From assembly GCA_002352485.1 (NCBI GenBank), contig DEIM01000225.1, forward strand, positions 12,450 through 53,203: a stretch of 40,754 nt of DNA, given 5' to 3'. This stretch comes from Candidatus Dadabacteria bacterium UBA2774. GTDB lineage: Bacteria; Desulfobacterota_D; UBA1144; Nemesobacterales; UBA2774. Shown one piece after another: positions 28,679 through 38,205 of the stretch; position 1 is the first letter of the stretch; every line of letters starts with the position of its first letter. A program made the position numbers and the translations under genes. The notes under the pieces are model-generated. The model saw nothing but the letters and a program-made list of their open reading frames with translations, did not search any database and was not told where the DNA came from.

Positions 28679-28752
28679 CCGGACCCTGTAGAAAAAAAAA
28701 GAAATGCATGGACCGCTGCTATAGGGATTTAAAGGAATATGAGAAGAGGTAG
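28679..28752 (+). pseudogene. Remnant copy of the 3' end of the Cys-rich ORF (26687-26758)
   Basis: Codon-by-codon match PDPVEKKK-CMDRCYRDLKE(Y)EK(R)*, with 2 extra A in the A-run and no 5' part. Confidence 0.85.
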
Positions 28753-28763
28753 TCCTTTAATAA

Positions 28764-28841
28764 TGGTCGGGGTGGCCGGACTTGAACCGGCGGCCTCTGC
28801 GTCCCGAACGCAACGCTCTAGCCAATCTGAGCTACACCCCG
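28764..28841 (-). tRNA. tRNA-Pro(CGG)
   Basis: Reverse complement CGGGGTGTAGCTCAG...TTCGGGA...GGTTCAAGTCC...CACCCCGACCA; cloverleaf with encoded CCA. Confidence 0.97.
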
Positions 28842-28945
28842 TATTAAAGATTTTACCCAGTAAACAAGACATTACCAGACCAATCTGAGCTTACTCGCTG
28901 GACAATGGCAGGGCTGTCGAAGGCTAGACAGTTTTGCCTTCACTA

Positions 28946-29674
28946 CTACATCCTGTTGCACCTTAAGACAACCGCTCCACCGCTCGAATATTTCTTGGCA
29001 GGTGTGAATATCGGGTCTAATCCCGACATGTAATCCCCGTCTTTTCTAAGTGTAAAGTTCTTGCCTGCCATATAGTAACCATCAGGAAACTCTATATATA
29101 TATCAGCCTTATATTTACCTTTGACGTCTCCGCTTATTTTACCCCCGCCTTTATTTTTTATCCAAATATGGTCAGTGGCATTACCGGAGATGTGTCCTTC
29201 AAGATTGCTCCCATTTTGCCTGATGTTGAGTATTGCTTTTCCACATTCCCACATGCCGGAGAAGCTCTTAACCTTTGGATCACGGATAGAGGGATCCATA
29301 TTTAAAGCCTCATATGTTACACCCCAATATATAGAGTCCGGTTCCTGGTTAACACCGGGATTATTTCTCTGAAAAGATTTTTTCGTCTTATAATATTTAC
29401 CTGTTCTAGGATTTTTGTATCCTCTGGCTTCTGCATGGAAAGTTATTATTCCTACGGGCACACCAAATTCATGATATCCCCCGGGGGATATTTCAATCTC
29501 CTTAGTTATCATTTTCTTATCCGTGTAATCCGCATAATACTCTGTCCAGACAGTTAAAGTAATTCCTGTGTTATTTTTGATTGTTGCAGCAGTTAGCGGT
29601 CTATAAGCAAATGAATTACCCACTGTACAGAAAAGAAGAAAAAATGCTGCTAATGCTGTAATTGTTATCTTCAT
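28946..29674 (-). CDS. Secreted hypothetical protein (two probable beta-rich domains)
   Basis: GGAGG RBS; signal peptide ending SFA|Y; FSGMW...QNGSNLEG pattern suggests a beta-barrel start. Confidence 0.75.
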   Translation of the reverse strand: MKITITALAAFFLLFCTVGNSFAYRPLTAATIKNNTGITLTVWTEYYADYTDKKMITKEIEISPGGYHEFGVPVGIITFHAEARGYKNPRTGKYYKTKKSFQRNNPGVNQEPDSIYWGVTYEALNMDPSIRDPKVKSFSGMWECGKAILNIRQNGSNLEGHISGNATDHIWIKNKGGGKISGDVKGKYKADIYIEFPDGYYMAGKNFTLRKDGDYMSGLDPIFTPAKKYSSGGAVVLRCNRM

Positions 29675-29795
29675 ATCAGGATTCCTCCATCTTTTTATTC
29701 AACGGTAAGTGAGCCAATTATTTGTGTTAGCTCCTGATTCATTTTACGAAGAAGGTTTATTTATCACCCGTTTTTTTAGGATCGTCTCAGCTATA

Positions 29796-30779
29796 TTAAT
29801 ATTCCACTAGCTCGACGCGCCTGTTTTTGGAACGACCCTCTTCCGTACTGTTGGAGACTACGGGGGCCAGAAAACCGAGACCTTTGGGGGTAACTCTTGC
29901 GGAGTCTATGCCGTGCTCGTTTACCAGAACCCCTACAACGGCCTGAGCACGTTTCTCTGATAAATTCGTATTATAGTCAATGCTGCCTTTGTTATCTGTG
30001 TGACCCACGATAAAGAGTTTAAGGTCCGGGTTGTCATTCAAAAGTGTCGCGATCTCCTTTATTGTCGCTGCCGACTCGGGTTTTATATCCGCCTTATCAA
30101 AGTCAAAGAGAATACCGTAGATCGAGATACTTCCGGTCTCGAAAATCTCCTCTGCCATAGCGTCGGCATCGACACTAACGAGCCCCTCGTCCATAGGCGC
30201 AATCTCGATTACATCTACTTGAGTGTAAATATGGTTCCTGTCGGGACCGCCGCCTGTGGTGTTCTTAACGGTATAAAGAGAAACGTATACATCGCCTTCA
30301 TCCCTTATGAGCTTAGCTGCCAGGAAGCGCTGCTCGTAATAGTTATCGCCAAAACCGTTTTTGTACTCGACCACTTTGTGGTTAAAGGGTCTCCCGCCGC
30401 ATTCTTTATTGCTGCAGGTGTAGAGGATTTCAAAACCCTCTGCTTTAAGCGCGTCTTCATAGTTCCTGAATACTTCTAGCGTAGAGCGGTCTTCAGGAAG
30501 GTAGTAGGCGATCATAGTGACCTTTCCTTCGAGCTTCTCACTCGACTCAGCTTTTGAATTGCCGGGCTCACTCGGGGCATGCACTACTTTTCCGGTAAGA
30601 ATATTGTACTCGTCAAACTCCCTGAAGTCATAGTCGATAATCTCTGTGCCTGGGTATCTGGACACCATGGGATGATCGGAGCTACCCTCGACATCCGCTG
30701 AATAGGCGGATTTAAGTGGCAAAACTACTAGCAGAGCCAGCAAAATTAGATTGAGTCTTAAAATATTAGACTTATCCAT
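29796..30779 (-). CDS. OmpA-family protein with N-terminal DUF4892-like domain
   Basis: DVEGSSDHPMVSRYPG; FDFDKADIK, VGHTD, NLSEKRA, NRRVEL; GGAGG RBS before ATG 30779. Confidence 0.9.
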   Translation of the reverse strand: MDKSNILRLNLILLALLVVLPLKSAYSADVEGSSDHPMVSRYPGTEIIDYDFREFDEYNILTGKVVHAPSEPGNSKAESSEKLEGKVTMIAYYLPEDRSTLEVFRNYEDALKAEGFEILYTCSNKECGGRPFNHKVVEYKNGFGDNYYEQRFLAAKLIRDEGDVYVSLYTVKNTTGGGPDRNHIYTQVDVIEIAPMDEGLVSVDADAMAEEIFETGSISIYGILFDFDKADIKPESAATIKEIATLLNDNPDLKLFIVGHTDNKGSIDYNTNLSEKRAQAVVGVLVNEHGIDSARVTPKGLGFLAPVVSNSTEEGRSKNRRVELVEY

Positions 30780-30915
30780 CGTGTTTCCCTCCAATTGGAA
30801 AATGAATGGTTAATAATAAACGATATTACCCGGGGGAAGCAACTACTATTAATACCGGAGAGAGAAAGTGTTAAGATTGATATATAGCAGCCTGTATAGG
30901 TTGGAGTAAAACAAA

Positions 30916-31716
30916 ATGGAGTTAAAGGAACTCGGTAACACCGGAGTAATGATATCTGAGATTGGGCTTGGCACCTGGAGGTACAAGGGAGGGGTTGAAC
31001 CTCTGAAAAAGGGTATTGAGCTTGGCGCCACACTGATCGACACGGCTGAGGGCTACTATACGGAAGATGTTGTAGGAGAGGCGATCAAAGGTATACGAGA
31101 AAAAGTGTTTATAGCGACGAAAGTCTCGGGAAGACACCTGGCTCATGACGAAGTACTGCGCTCGTGCGAGCAGAGTTTATATGAGCTCGGCACCGATTAT
31201 ATAGACTTATACCAGGTCCACTGGCCTAACCCATCATATCCGATAAAGGGAACGATGGAGGCGATGGGAAAGCTCGCCGACAGGGGACTCGTTAGGTTCA
31301 TCGGGGTAAGCAACTTCGATATAGATGAGACAGAGGAGGCACAGGCTTATCTGGGTAACCACAAAATTGTATCGAACCAAATTAGATACAACCTGAACGA
31401 TAGATCGATAGAAGAAGACCTGCTGCCGTACTGTGAGGATCAGGGTATGACAGTGCTTGCCTATACGCCGCTTGACGACGGGAACCTCACGACAATGCCC
31501 ACAATGGGGAGCAAAGGGAAGATGGCTGTACTAAGGGATATTGCCGAAGAGACTAATAAGACACTCGGGCAGATCGCCCTTAACTGGTGCACAGTCAGAA
31601 GCAATGTAATAGCTATACCTAAATCAAACAGCGTCAAACGCACCGTAGAGAACTGCGGGGCTTCGGGGTGGAGGCTTACAAATGAGCAGGTCCAAAGGCT
31701 CGACGAAGCATTCTAG
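30916..31716 (+). CDS. Aldo/keto reductase
   Basis: IGLGTW, IDTAEGY, IATK, DLYQVHWP, IGVSNF, IPKS. Confidence 0.95.
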   Translation: MELKELGNTGVMISEIGLGTWRYKGGVEPLKKGIELGATLIDTAEGYYTEDVVGEAIKGIREKVFIATKVSGRHLAHDEVLRSCEQSLYELGTDYIDLYQVHWPNPSYPIKGTMEAMGKLADRGLVRFIGVSNFDIDETEEAQAYLGNHKIVSNQIRYNLNDRSIEEDLLPYCEDQGMTVLAYTPLDDGNLTTMPTMGSKGKMAVLRDIAEETNKTLGQIALNWCTVRSNVIAIPKSNSVKRTVENCGASGWRLTNEQVQRLDEAF

Positions 31717-31824
31717 AGCCGTTTTATTGTCAGAATGAATCTTTTGAAGGATCCGGCCAATCAAAATTTACGTATGTATAAACAAAGCAGAAAAATTACT
31801 TACGGGTTATCAGAAGGTTCGAAA

Positions 31825-32739
31825 ATGATAAAAAAAATACACGCACCGTTTAAGCTTGCAGTCCTAACCACAATATCAATACTACTGTTTGTGCTTCTAA
31901 TTAAAGGCCCTTCGAATTCATTTACCATAATATCCTATGGAGTCGAAAAAGCTGATAACACAGACTTTGACCAATCCTATGAAATTTACAATTCACTTCT
32001 CCAAAAATATGTTAGTAAAGGTAGAGTAAATTACCAAGGGTTTATTGAATCGAGGGGAGAATTAGAAGTCTTGCTAAAATCTATGGGCTCGGTTGACCCT
32101 GTGGAGTTCGATTCATGGTCTGAGCATGAGAAGCTCGCATTCTGGATAAACGCCTACAACATCTTTACGATTAAGGCAATTATCGACCATTATCCAATTA
32201 AGAGAAGCTTCAGTTTAGTCGGTATATTCTACGCACCTTCAAACAGCATACTGCAGATAAAAGGGGTATGGAAAAAGCTCCAGTTCCGGGCAGTAGGCAG
32301 AACGGTTACGCTGGATGAGATTGAGCACGAAATACTGAGAAAGGAGTTTAACGAGCCGAGGATACATACAGCAATTGTTTGCGCGTCGGTATCGTGCCCT
32401 GATCTTAGCAGCGAAGCCTATACGGGTGAAAAGATAGAGGAGCAGTTGGCGGTAGCGTCCGTCAGGTTCGTGAACAATCCTGACAAGGGAGTCTCCATTG
32501 ACGAGAAAGACGGCAGAGTTAAGATCTCAAAGATATTTAAATGGTTCGGGGATGATTTTATTAAAAATTACGGAGACGGAGCCAAATTTAAGAATAAGAG
32601 CCTAAAGAATAATTCCGTGCTCAATTTTATTCTGGACTACCTTGTTTCAGAGAGTAAGAAAGAGTACATCAAGAAAAACGATATCAAGCTCGGTTACCTG
32701 AAATACGACTGGCACTTAAATGAGATGCCGGAGACCTAA
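31825..32739 (+). CDS. DUF547 domain-containing secreted protein
   Basis: LAFWINAYN, TLDEIEHEILR, EPRIH..VCASVSCP, SKIFKWFGDDF, YDWHLN; start uncertain (31735 or 31825). Confidence 0.9.
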   Translation: MIKKIHAPFKLAVLTTISILLFVLLIKGPSNSFTIISYGVEKADNTDFDQSYEIYNSLLQKYVSKGRVNYQGFIESRGELEVLLKSMGSVDPVEFDSWSEHEKLAFWINAYNIFTIKAIIDHYPIKRSFSLVGIFYAPSNSILQIKGVWKKLQFRAVGRTVTLDEIEHEILRKEFNEPRIHTAIVCASVSCPDLSSEAYTGEKIEEQLAVASVRFVNNPDKGVSIDEKDGRVKISKIFKWFGDDFIKNYGDGAKFKNKSLKNNSVLNFILDYLVSESKKEYIKKNDIKLGYLKYDWHLNEMPET

Positions 32740-32941
32740 TCATTACATACAAACCTATATACCACCCCCATCCTTCATCCCCTTATTTCATTAGCAACAT
32801 AAATCCTTAAGATAAGTCAATGGATTTTAATTTTCCCTATTGCAATATTCTTCTCTCTGTAGTATTGATATAATCAATACCAATATTCACCAAAACCAGA
32901 GAAGGCGGATACGAGAAATAAAGTCTAAAGGGGGACTCACT

Positions 32942-33847
32942 GTGAGAGCCATACTCTCTAAAAATCGAGCCAATATTTCTCTTGGCATCTTATGTGTTTT
33001 CTTAATTTCATTATTCATACTTTCATCGTGCACCCAATACAAAGCGACTGTCCCCGCGCAGCCAACAGAACAAGAGGACACGTGCGTTTTATTACAGAAT
33101 GCTCAAAACCCTATTTGGGTTAAAGATGCTACACCAAAGAAAAAAGTGGCCGTGCTAACAGGACTCATTAAGGACCGTGACACCCTTAAGGACGGGAAGT
33201 GTGCTGGCACAGAGATCGGCATCAACCCTCACAGAAAAATCATAACCCTCGTAATGAATGCGGAAGGCGAAAAAAGGGGAGAAATATTTATTCCGCCAAC
33301 AACGGCAAACAGTGGTTTCATGCAGATGGTTGACCTGGCAACCTGTAAGGCAGGAGATATCAAAGAAATTGTATATGCCGAGGGTAACGGGGATAGCTGT
33401 ATTTATTCCTTCCCCCAGGTCGAAGATGTCGCAATGACGTATTCTGGTCAAGTATCTGCCACTGGCACAGTATTCCAAAGCAAGCCTTTCTGTGCAAGCA
33501 CACTGAACATAACTGGAGATGCCACCATCACGATCTTTGGTAGTGTAGCTCAAGTTGTACAAAACCTTACTAGAGTATTTGGAACACCTGGAGACGGTTG
33601 CTACTCAGGATTTACTGATAATTTCCAAAGTATCTACAGTCTCAATGTTGAAAAAGTAAATGGGTCTGTAAGTACAGAAGGAGGTTTAAAGGGTCCTGAT
33701 GATACGTATAGTTGGTCGTTGACTGGGGATGAACAAAGCCTATCGGGGTCATTTATCAATGACCACCATTATTGTTGCAGAAATGGTAACCATACTGGAA
33801 CGGCTGCAGGAGATGTTACATTGCCCAGACAAAACCAGGGTAAGTAA
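32942..33847 (+). CDS. Cys-rich hypothetical lipoprotein
   Basis: GTG start after a GGGGGA RBS; lipobox LSSC; no family recognised. Confidence 0.7.
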   Translation: MRAILSKNRANISLGILCVFLISLFILSSCTQYKATVPAQPTEQEDTCVLLQNAQNPIWVKDATPKKKVAVLTGLIKDRDTLKDGKCAGTEIGINPHRKIITLVMNAEGEKRGEIFIPPTTANSGFMQMVDLATCKAGDIKEIVYAEGNGDSCIYSFPQVEDVAMTYSGQVSATGTVFQSKPFCASTLNITGDATITIFGSVAQVVQNLTRVFGTPGDGCYSGFTDNFQSIYSLNVEKVNGSVSTEGGLKGPDDTYSWSLTGDEQSLSGSFINDHHYCCRNGNHTGTAAGDVTLPRQNQGK

Positions 33848-33855
33848 GCCTGTCA

Positions 33856-33872
33856 AAAATCCGTCTCATCCG
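33856..33872 (+). repeat. 17-bp direct repeat, copy 1
   Basis: aaaatccgtctcatccg; 16/17 identical to 34757-34773. Confidence 0.6.
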
Positions 33873-33883
33873 CGTGAATTAAC

Positions 33884-33925
33884 AAAAAACGCTCAGCCAA
33901 ATGATTAGGTTTAACTGAGCGTTTT
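33884..33925. terminator. Probable bidirectional terminator between convergent genes
   Basis: aaaacgctcag ... ctgagcgtttt inverted repeat with A and T flanks. Confidence 0.7.
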
Positions 33926-33952
33926 CTAAAGGGAAAAATATGACGACTAAAG

Positions 33953-34678
33953 TTAAGCTGTTGTATACCTTTTCCGAATTGCTATAAATCCGACCAAGCC
34001 TAAGATTCCAGCCATTGCTATCAAACCCCATTCAGAAAGGGTGGGGATGGGTCTGGAAGGATTGCCCGTTGCAAGATGTAATTCCGGTAATACCCACCCT
34101 GCAATTGGGCCGGTACTCATTTCGACACGATTGAACGGTTTTCTTGTCTGAAAGAACCTTGTCTGGAGATTATCTGTATTACCTATTGTGATAAAAGCAA
34201 CTAATGAATCTCCTAAATAAAACTCAAATAGAAAGTTTGCATTCTGGTCTCCTATTTTTAAACCGAATTCGTTAGTGGGCTTGTCTAGGTAAAACGTGTA
34301 CGACCTTGAATTCCCAAAGACCTGGTCGGGATCTACTAAATAAAGTCCGCCCGAACCGTCGGGATTCGGAGATAAAGCTTTCCCTTGCGGATTGAAAGAA
34401 TCCCATATGTCGGTCCCCGCAACAGGTTCAATAGTAATCTTTGTTAATGTTGATTCGGGGAAAGCATTGTTAATGGCCTGAACTGATGTTGGGCCAGTTG
34501 GTAAACCATCAAATGTAATTACGGTATTCGGTACGGTTAGAGCTGGAATTTCTCTAGCACCGTTCGGAAAAGGTATAGCTTCAGCACTTACGGTTTCATC
34601 CTGGGCTTGTGATAGAAGCGGAGTAACAAGAATAAAGCATAAAGTGATTAAAACTGAAAATAGTGTTTTATTTTTCAT
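33953..34678 (-). CDS. IPTL-CTERM sorting-domain surface protein
   Basis: Signal peptide ending SQA|Q; C-terminal RPIPTLSEWGLIAMAGILGLVGFIAIRKR. Confidence 0.92.
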   Translation of the reverse strand: MKNKTLFSVLITLCFILVTPLLSQAQDETVSAEAIPFPNGAREIPALTVPNTVITFDGLPTGPTSVQAINNAFPESTLTKITIEPVAGTDIWDSFNPQGKALSPNPDGSGGLYLVDPDQVFGNSRSYTFYLDKPTNEFGLKIGDQNANFLFEFYLGDSLVAFITIGNTDNLQTRFFQTRKPFNRVEMSTGPIAGWVLPELHLATGNPSRPIPTLSEWGLIAMAGILGLVGFIAIRKRYTTA

Positions 34679-34756
34679 CTTCCAATCTCCTTCGTAACTC
34701 CCTGTTATTTTTAATCTATTCTACACAAATTTAAGAACAACCACAATCATTTCGAG

Positions 34757-34773
34757 AAAATCCGTCCCATCCG
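34757..34773 (+). repeat. 17-bp direct repeat, copy 2
   Basis: aaaatccgtcccatccg. Confidence 0.6.
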
Positions 34774-35034
34774 TTCACAGATGATACTTATAGCGTACGT
34801 AGGGGTACCCCCTGTTCAGCACCCCCGGGGGGTGTAGGTATGCAGGTACCCCCCGCCCATGCAAATATTCCAGACACCCCGGCATATTTTTTTCGTGAGA
34901 AAGTAGAAGAAATATTGGGATAAAACCGAAATACTGAAGGTAATTAGAATAGCTATAAAGTATTACTTGCTTAATAACGCAAACTTAAAGGCAGTTTGAC
35001 AAAAGGGAACACTACATCTGTATAACTAAATATA

Positions 35035-35283
35035 CTACTCCGTAGAACCCTTCAGTCTCAATTGCTCAGACGTATATGCCATTGCGGAGGAATAGGCCGA
35101 GACGCAGTAAGGCACGAAGAACGTGAGCGTACTTTTCATTAAGAGATCCGGAGTTATATTGAGCGCCAGGAGGTTGTCGTGATGATTAATTATTATCAGG
35201 ATCGGCGCTACAATTACTGCAACCCTTATAGCCCTCCATACCGTCTCTTTTCTAAAGAAGTTTTTAAGAAATAGTGTCATCAT
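35035..35283 (-). CDS. NrtS-family small membrane protein (nitrate/nitrite transporter-like)
   Basis: RAIRVAVIVAPILIIINH and LTFFVPYCVSAYS fit the NrtS pattern; two TM helices. Confidence 0.75.
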   Translation of the reverse strand: MMTLFLKNFFRKETVWRAIRVAVIVAPILIIINHHDNLLALNITPDLLMKSTLTFFVPYCVSAYSSAMAYTSEQLRLKGSTE

Positions 35284-35333
35284 ATCGGTATCTAAAATAA
35301 ATGATTGTGAGAGAGAATGCTACGTCTTAGCTA

Positions 35334-36278
35334 CTAATCTGATCCGGAGCTTCCTCCGGCCTTGAAAACAAGCGTATCTGGTCTGAACGTATACCAGGCA
35401 AACCAGTAAGAGATGAAGGATTCAACAGGCTTACCACTCTTGTCGGTCGCAGTTACAAAGTCTCCGTCACTAAACCTTACAACTATGTCCTGTCCGCCCA
35501 ATTTGTCATTAAACGGGGTACTGGTCTTCTTGAGCTCGGAAAAAGGATAAGCTTTTGCTTCATCACCAGAAAGAACGACAAGAACTTTTTCCTTTGGATG
35601 AAACCTGTTGCTCGTGTTTCTAACCGGGAACATTATCGTGCTTGAGCCTTCGTATCCGCCGTAGGGCATGTTGTCATAATCACGACGATAACCCGTGTTT
35701 CTGGAAAGGACAACCGTGTTGGGATGCTCGCTTTTCCACTCCTTCCATGTGGCGAGGGTCGAGGGAAGAATATCAAACTTAGTACCTGTCATAGGCCCGG
35801 TCACAGCTTTCATATGGAGCTGCGACCATAGGCTCTCTGTCTGCCGGTCGTAGAAAAGGACGTCTGACTGATGAAGCAAACCCGAGATACCATACGTGTA
35901 GACTTTCCCTCCGATATTCCTGTCAAATACCATAGTCGAGCCGCATAGCGGGCAGTATGAGATGAGCACAGGCTTTCCGCCCACATTATCGTTTACCGCC
36001 TCGTGCCATACGAGTATCCTCAGGGGATATGCCCTCTCCACACCGCCTATACTGACACCCGTCACAAGGTCGCCGTCCCTTAGCCAAGTGGCTTTGTCCG
36101 CAGGCTCGAACCTGGGGTTATTAATGGCGGGTATGCCGTCCCGCGGTGGACCTCCGGAGAAAATTTCATTCTCAGGAATTAGCCCGCCGGAGACATCAAA
36201 ACCGTTATACTGGGCGTAGGATAGCGTTGCAAAAAATAACAGGCAAAAAACTAGTAGTAATGTAGAATATATTCTCAT
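35334..36278 (-). CDS. DUF3179 domain-containing secreted protein
   Basis: GGPPRDGIPAI, RAYPLRILVWHE, YCPLCGS, YDRQTESLWSQ, YWFAW. Confidence 0.92.
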   Translation of the reverse strand: MRIYSTLLLVFCLLFFATLSYAQYNGFDVSGGLIPENEIFSGGPPRDGIPAINNPRFEPADKATWLRDGDLVTGVSIGGVERAYPLRILVWHEAVNDNVGGKPVLISYCPLCGSTMVFDRNIGGKVYTYGISGLLHQSDVLFYDRQTESLWSQLHMKAVTGPMTGTKFDILPSTLATWKEWKSEHPNTVVLSRNTGYRRDYDNMPYGGYEGSSTIMFPVRNTSNRFHPKEKVLVVLSGDEAKAYPFSELKKTSTPFNDKLGGQDIVVRFSDGDFVTATDKSGKPVESFISYWFAWYTFRPDTLVFKAGGSSGSD

Positions 36279-36365
36279 AAAAAGTTAGATGACCGAAACC
36301 AACTTAAGTTTCCGTCTAAAATACAGATTCATTTCAATTAAAAGAGTAATAAATCAGGAGGCATT

Positions 36366-38177
36366 ATGTCGGCAATTAAAAACACGAGCAATATGAACTG
36401 GGACCTTACGAGCTACTTTCCGGAATACGGTGGCCCGGAGATGAAGGAGTTTAAGGCAAAGTTAAAAAAAGATATTCAAACGATGAAAGACAAAGCGGCT
36501 TCTCTTTCCCATCTGGACAATGAAAATCAGGAGGATTGGGAAAAGATATTTATTAAAAATGAGGATATAGCCGCTCGTTATTCTCATCTGAGATCTTACA
36601 TAGGGTGCCTGGCTTCAGCGGACAGCCTTAATGAGGATTTTCTTAAAGAAGAGGCCGAGATGGCAGCGCTTGGGGCTGAATACTCAAAATTAAGCGTTGA
36701 GCTTCTAAGATCAATTAAGGCCGCGTCGGACGAGGCATTCTCAAATTTTACTAACCTGAGCTCGCTTGAAACGGCTGCGTATTATCTGGGCCGTGTTCGT
36801 GAAGAAGCTCAAAAGAAAATGAAACCTGAAGAGGAGATACTCGCCGCGGACCTTGGTGTGGACGGAATAGGCGCATGGGGCCGTCTGTACGATACTGTAT
36901 CGAGTAAGCTCGAATTCGATATGGAATATCCCGACGGAAACGTCAAAAAACTCCCTATGTCTCAGAGACGCTCGCTCATGGAAACGCCGGATAGAGATAC
37001 ACGAAAGGCTGCTTTTGAAGGGGGTAACAGAGCCTGGCAGGGTATTGAAGACGTCGCGGCAAGTGCTCTAAATGCCATTGCGGGCACTCGTCTTACTCTT
37101 AACCGCCACAGGGGGATAGACCATTTTCTTGAAGTGGCTCTATTTCAGTCATCTATTAGCAAAAAAACTCTGGATTCGATGTTCGAGGCAATAAACCAGG
37201 AGATCGATCTTCCCCGCGAGATACTCAGCTACAAAGCAAAAACCATGAAGAGGGACAAGATCGCCTGGTTTGATTTAGGCGCGCCCCTTGAGCTTGAAAA
37301 CCCGAAGAAACTTGAGTGGAATGATGCGAAAAAGCTCGTTGGAGACTCTTTCACTACTGCCTACCCAGAGCTTGGGAAATTTGTGAACGGGGCTTTCACA
37401 AAGAACTGGATTGACTATACGCCCCGCGAGGGTAAACGCCCCGGGGGATTTTGCACAGGGTCACTGTTAACTAAAGAGTCCAGAATTTTTATGACTTACA
37501 ACGATACGATAGGGGACGTTCTTACCCTCGCGCATGAAGCAGGACACGCTTTTCACAGCCATGTAATGCGGGATATACGTACCTACGCCCACTACTACCC
37601 CATGACGCTTGCCGAGTCTGCATCTACGTTCGGGGAGATGATACTTGCTGAAGGGGTATTAGAAGACCCTTCTGTAGAGGGCTCCGAGAAAGCTCTCATG
37701 CTCGACACAGAAATAAATCACGGTGCGATTTACTTGATGGATATACCGGTGCGTTTTGAGTTTGAAAAAGCGTTTTACGAGGAGCGCCAAAAAGGGGAAG
37801 TGAGCGTCAGCCGTCTAAAAGAGCTTATGGCTGAGACCCAGAGGCGTATCTTCGGGGATGTGCTCGAAGAGGGAGGGGAAGATCCTTATTTCTGGGCCTC
37901 TAAGCTTCATTTCTATATCACTGGGGTAACGTTCTATAACTTCCCGTATACATTTGGCTATTTACTTAGCCGTGGGCTGTTCTCAATGTTCAAAAAGGAA
38001 GGCCCTGACTTCCTTCCAAAATATGAGGAGTTTCTCAGGCTCACAGGCTCTGACACAGCAGAGAACGTAGCAAGACGGAGTATCGGGCAGGACCTTGAGT
38101 CACCTGAATTCTGGGTGGAATCTATTCGAACGCTTAAAGAACCATTTTACAGACTAAAAGAGATTTTAGAAAGCTAA
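36366..38177 (+). CDS. M3B family oligoendopeptidase F
   Basis: WDLT, GKRPGGFC, LAHEAGHAFH zinc motif, LAESASTFGE, FYNFPYTFG. Confidence 0.93.
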   Translation: MSAIKNTSNMNWDLTSYFPEYGGPEMKEFKAKLKKDIQTMKDKAASLSHLDNENQEDWEKIFIKNEDIAARYSHLRSYIGCLASADSLNEDFLKEEAEMAALGAEYSKLSVELLRSIKAASDEAFSNFTNLSSLETAAYYLGRVREEAQKKMKPEEEILAADLGVDGIGAWGRLYDTVSSKLEFDMEYPDGNVKKLPMSQRRSLMETPDRDTRKAAFEGGNRAWQGIEDVAASALNAIAGTRLTLNRHRGIDHFLEVALFQSSISKKTLDSMFEAINQEIDLPREILSYKAKTMKRDKIAWFDLGAPLELENPKKLEWNDAKKLVGDSFTTAYPELGKFVNGAFTKNWIDYTPREGKRPGGFCTGSLLTKESRIFMTYNDTIGDVLTLAHEAGHAFHSHVMRDIRTYAHYYPMTLAESASTFGEMILAEGVLEDPSVEGSEKALMLDTEINHGAIYLMDIPVRFEFEKAFYEERQKGEVSVSRLKELMAETQRRIFGDVLEEGGEDPYFWASKLHFYITGVTFYNFPYTFGYLLSRGLFSMFKKEGPDFLPKYEEFLRLTGSDTAENVARRSIGQDLESPEFWVESIRTLKEPFYRLKEILES

Positions 38178-38205
38178 GGCAATAGAGCGCGGGTGGTGGA
38201 AATTA

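Noticed and set aside
28880..28891. 12-bp copy (ccaatctgagct) of the tRNA-Pro D-arm region 28822-28833 as an att site
   Set aside because: It matches the 5' half of the tRNA, not the 3' end normally duplicated on integration; it is short, only ~58 bp away, and no integrase is present
35334..36278. Selenocysteine in the DUF3179 protein
   Set aside because: No in-frame TGA; the motif is plain CPLC
21146..36278. Arsenosugar or radical-SAM cluster suggested by TIGR04283-like GT, DUF547 and DUF3179
   Set aside because: The genes are kilobases apart in separate units, and no ArsS radical SAM or ArsM gene is in the window
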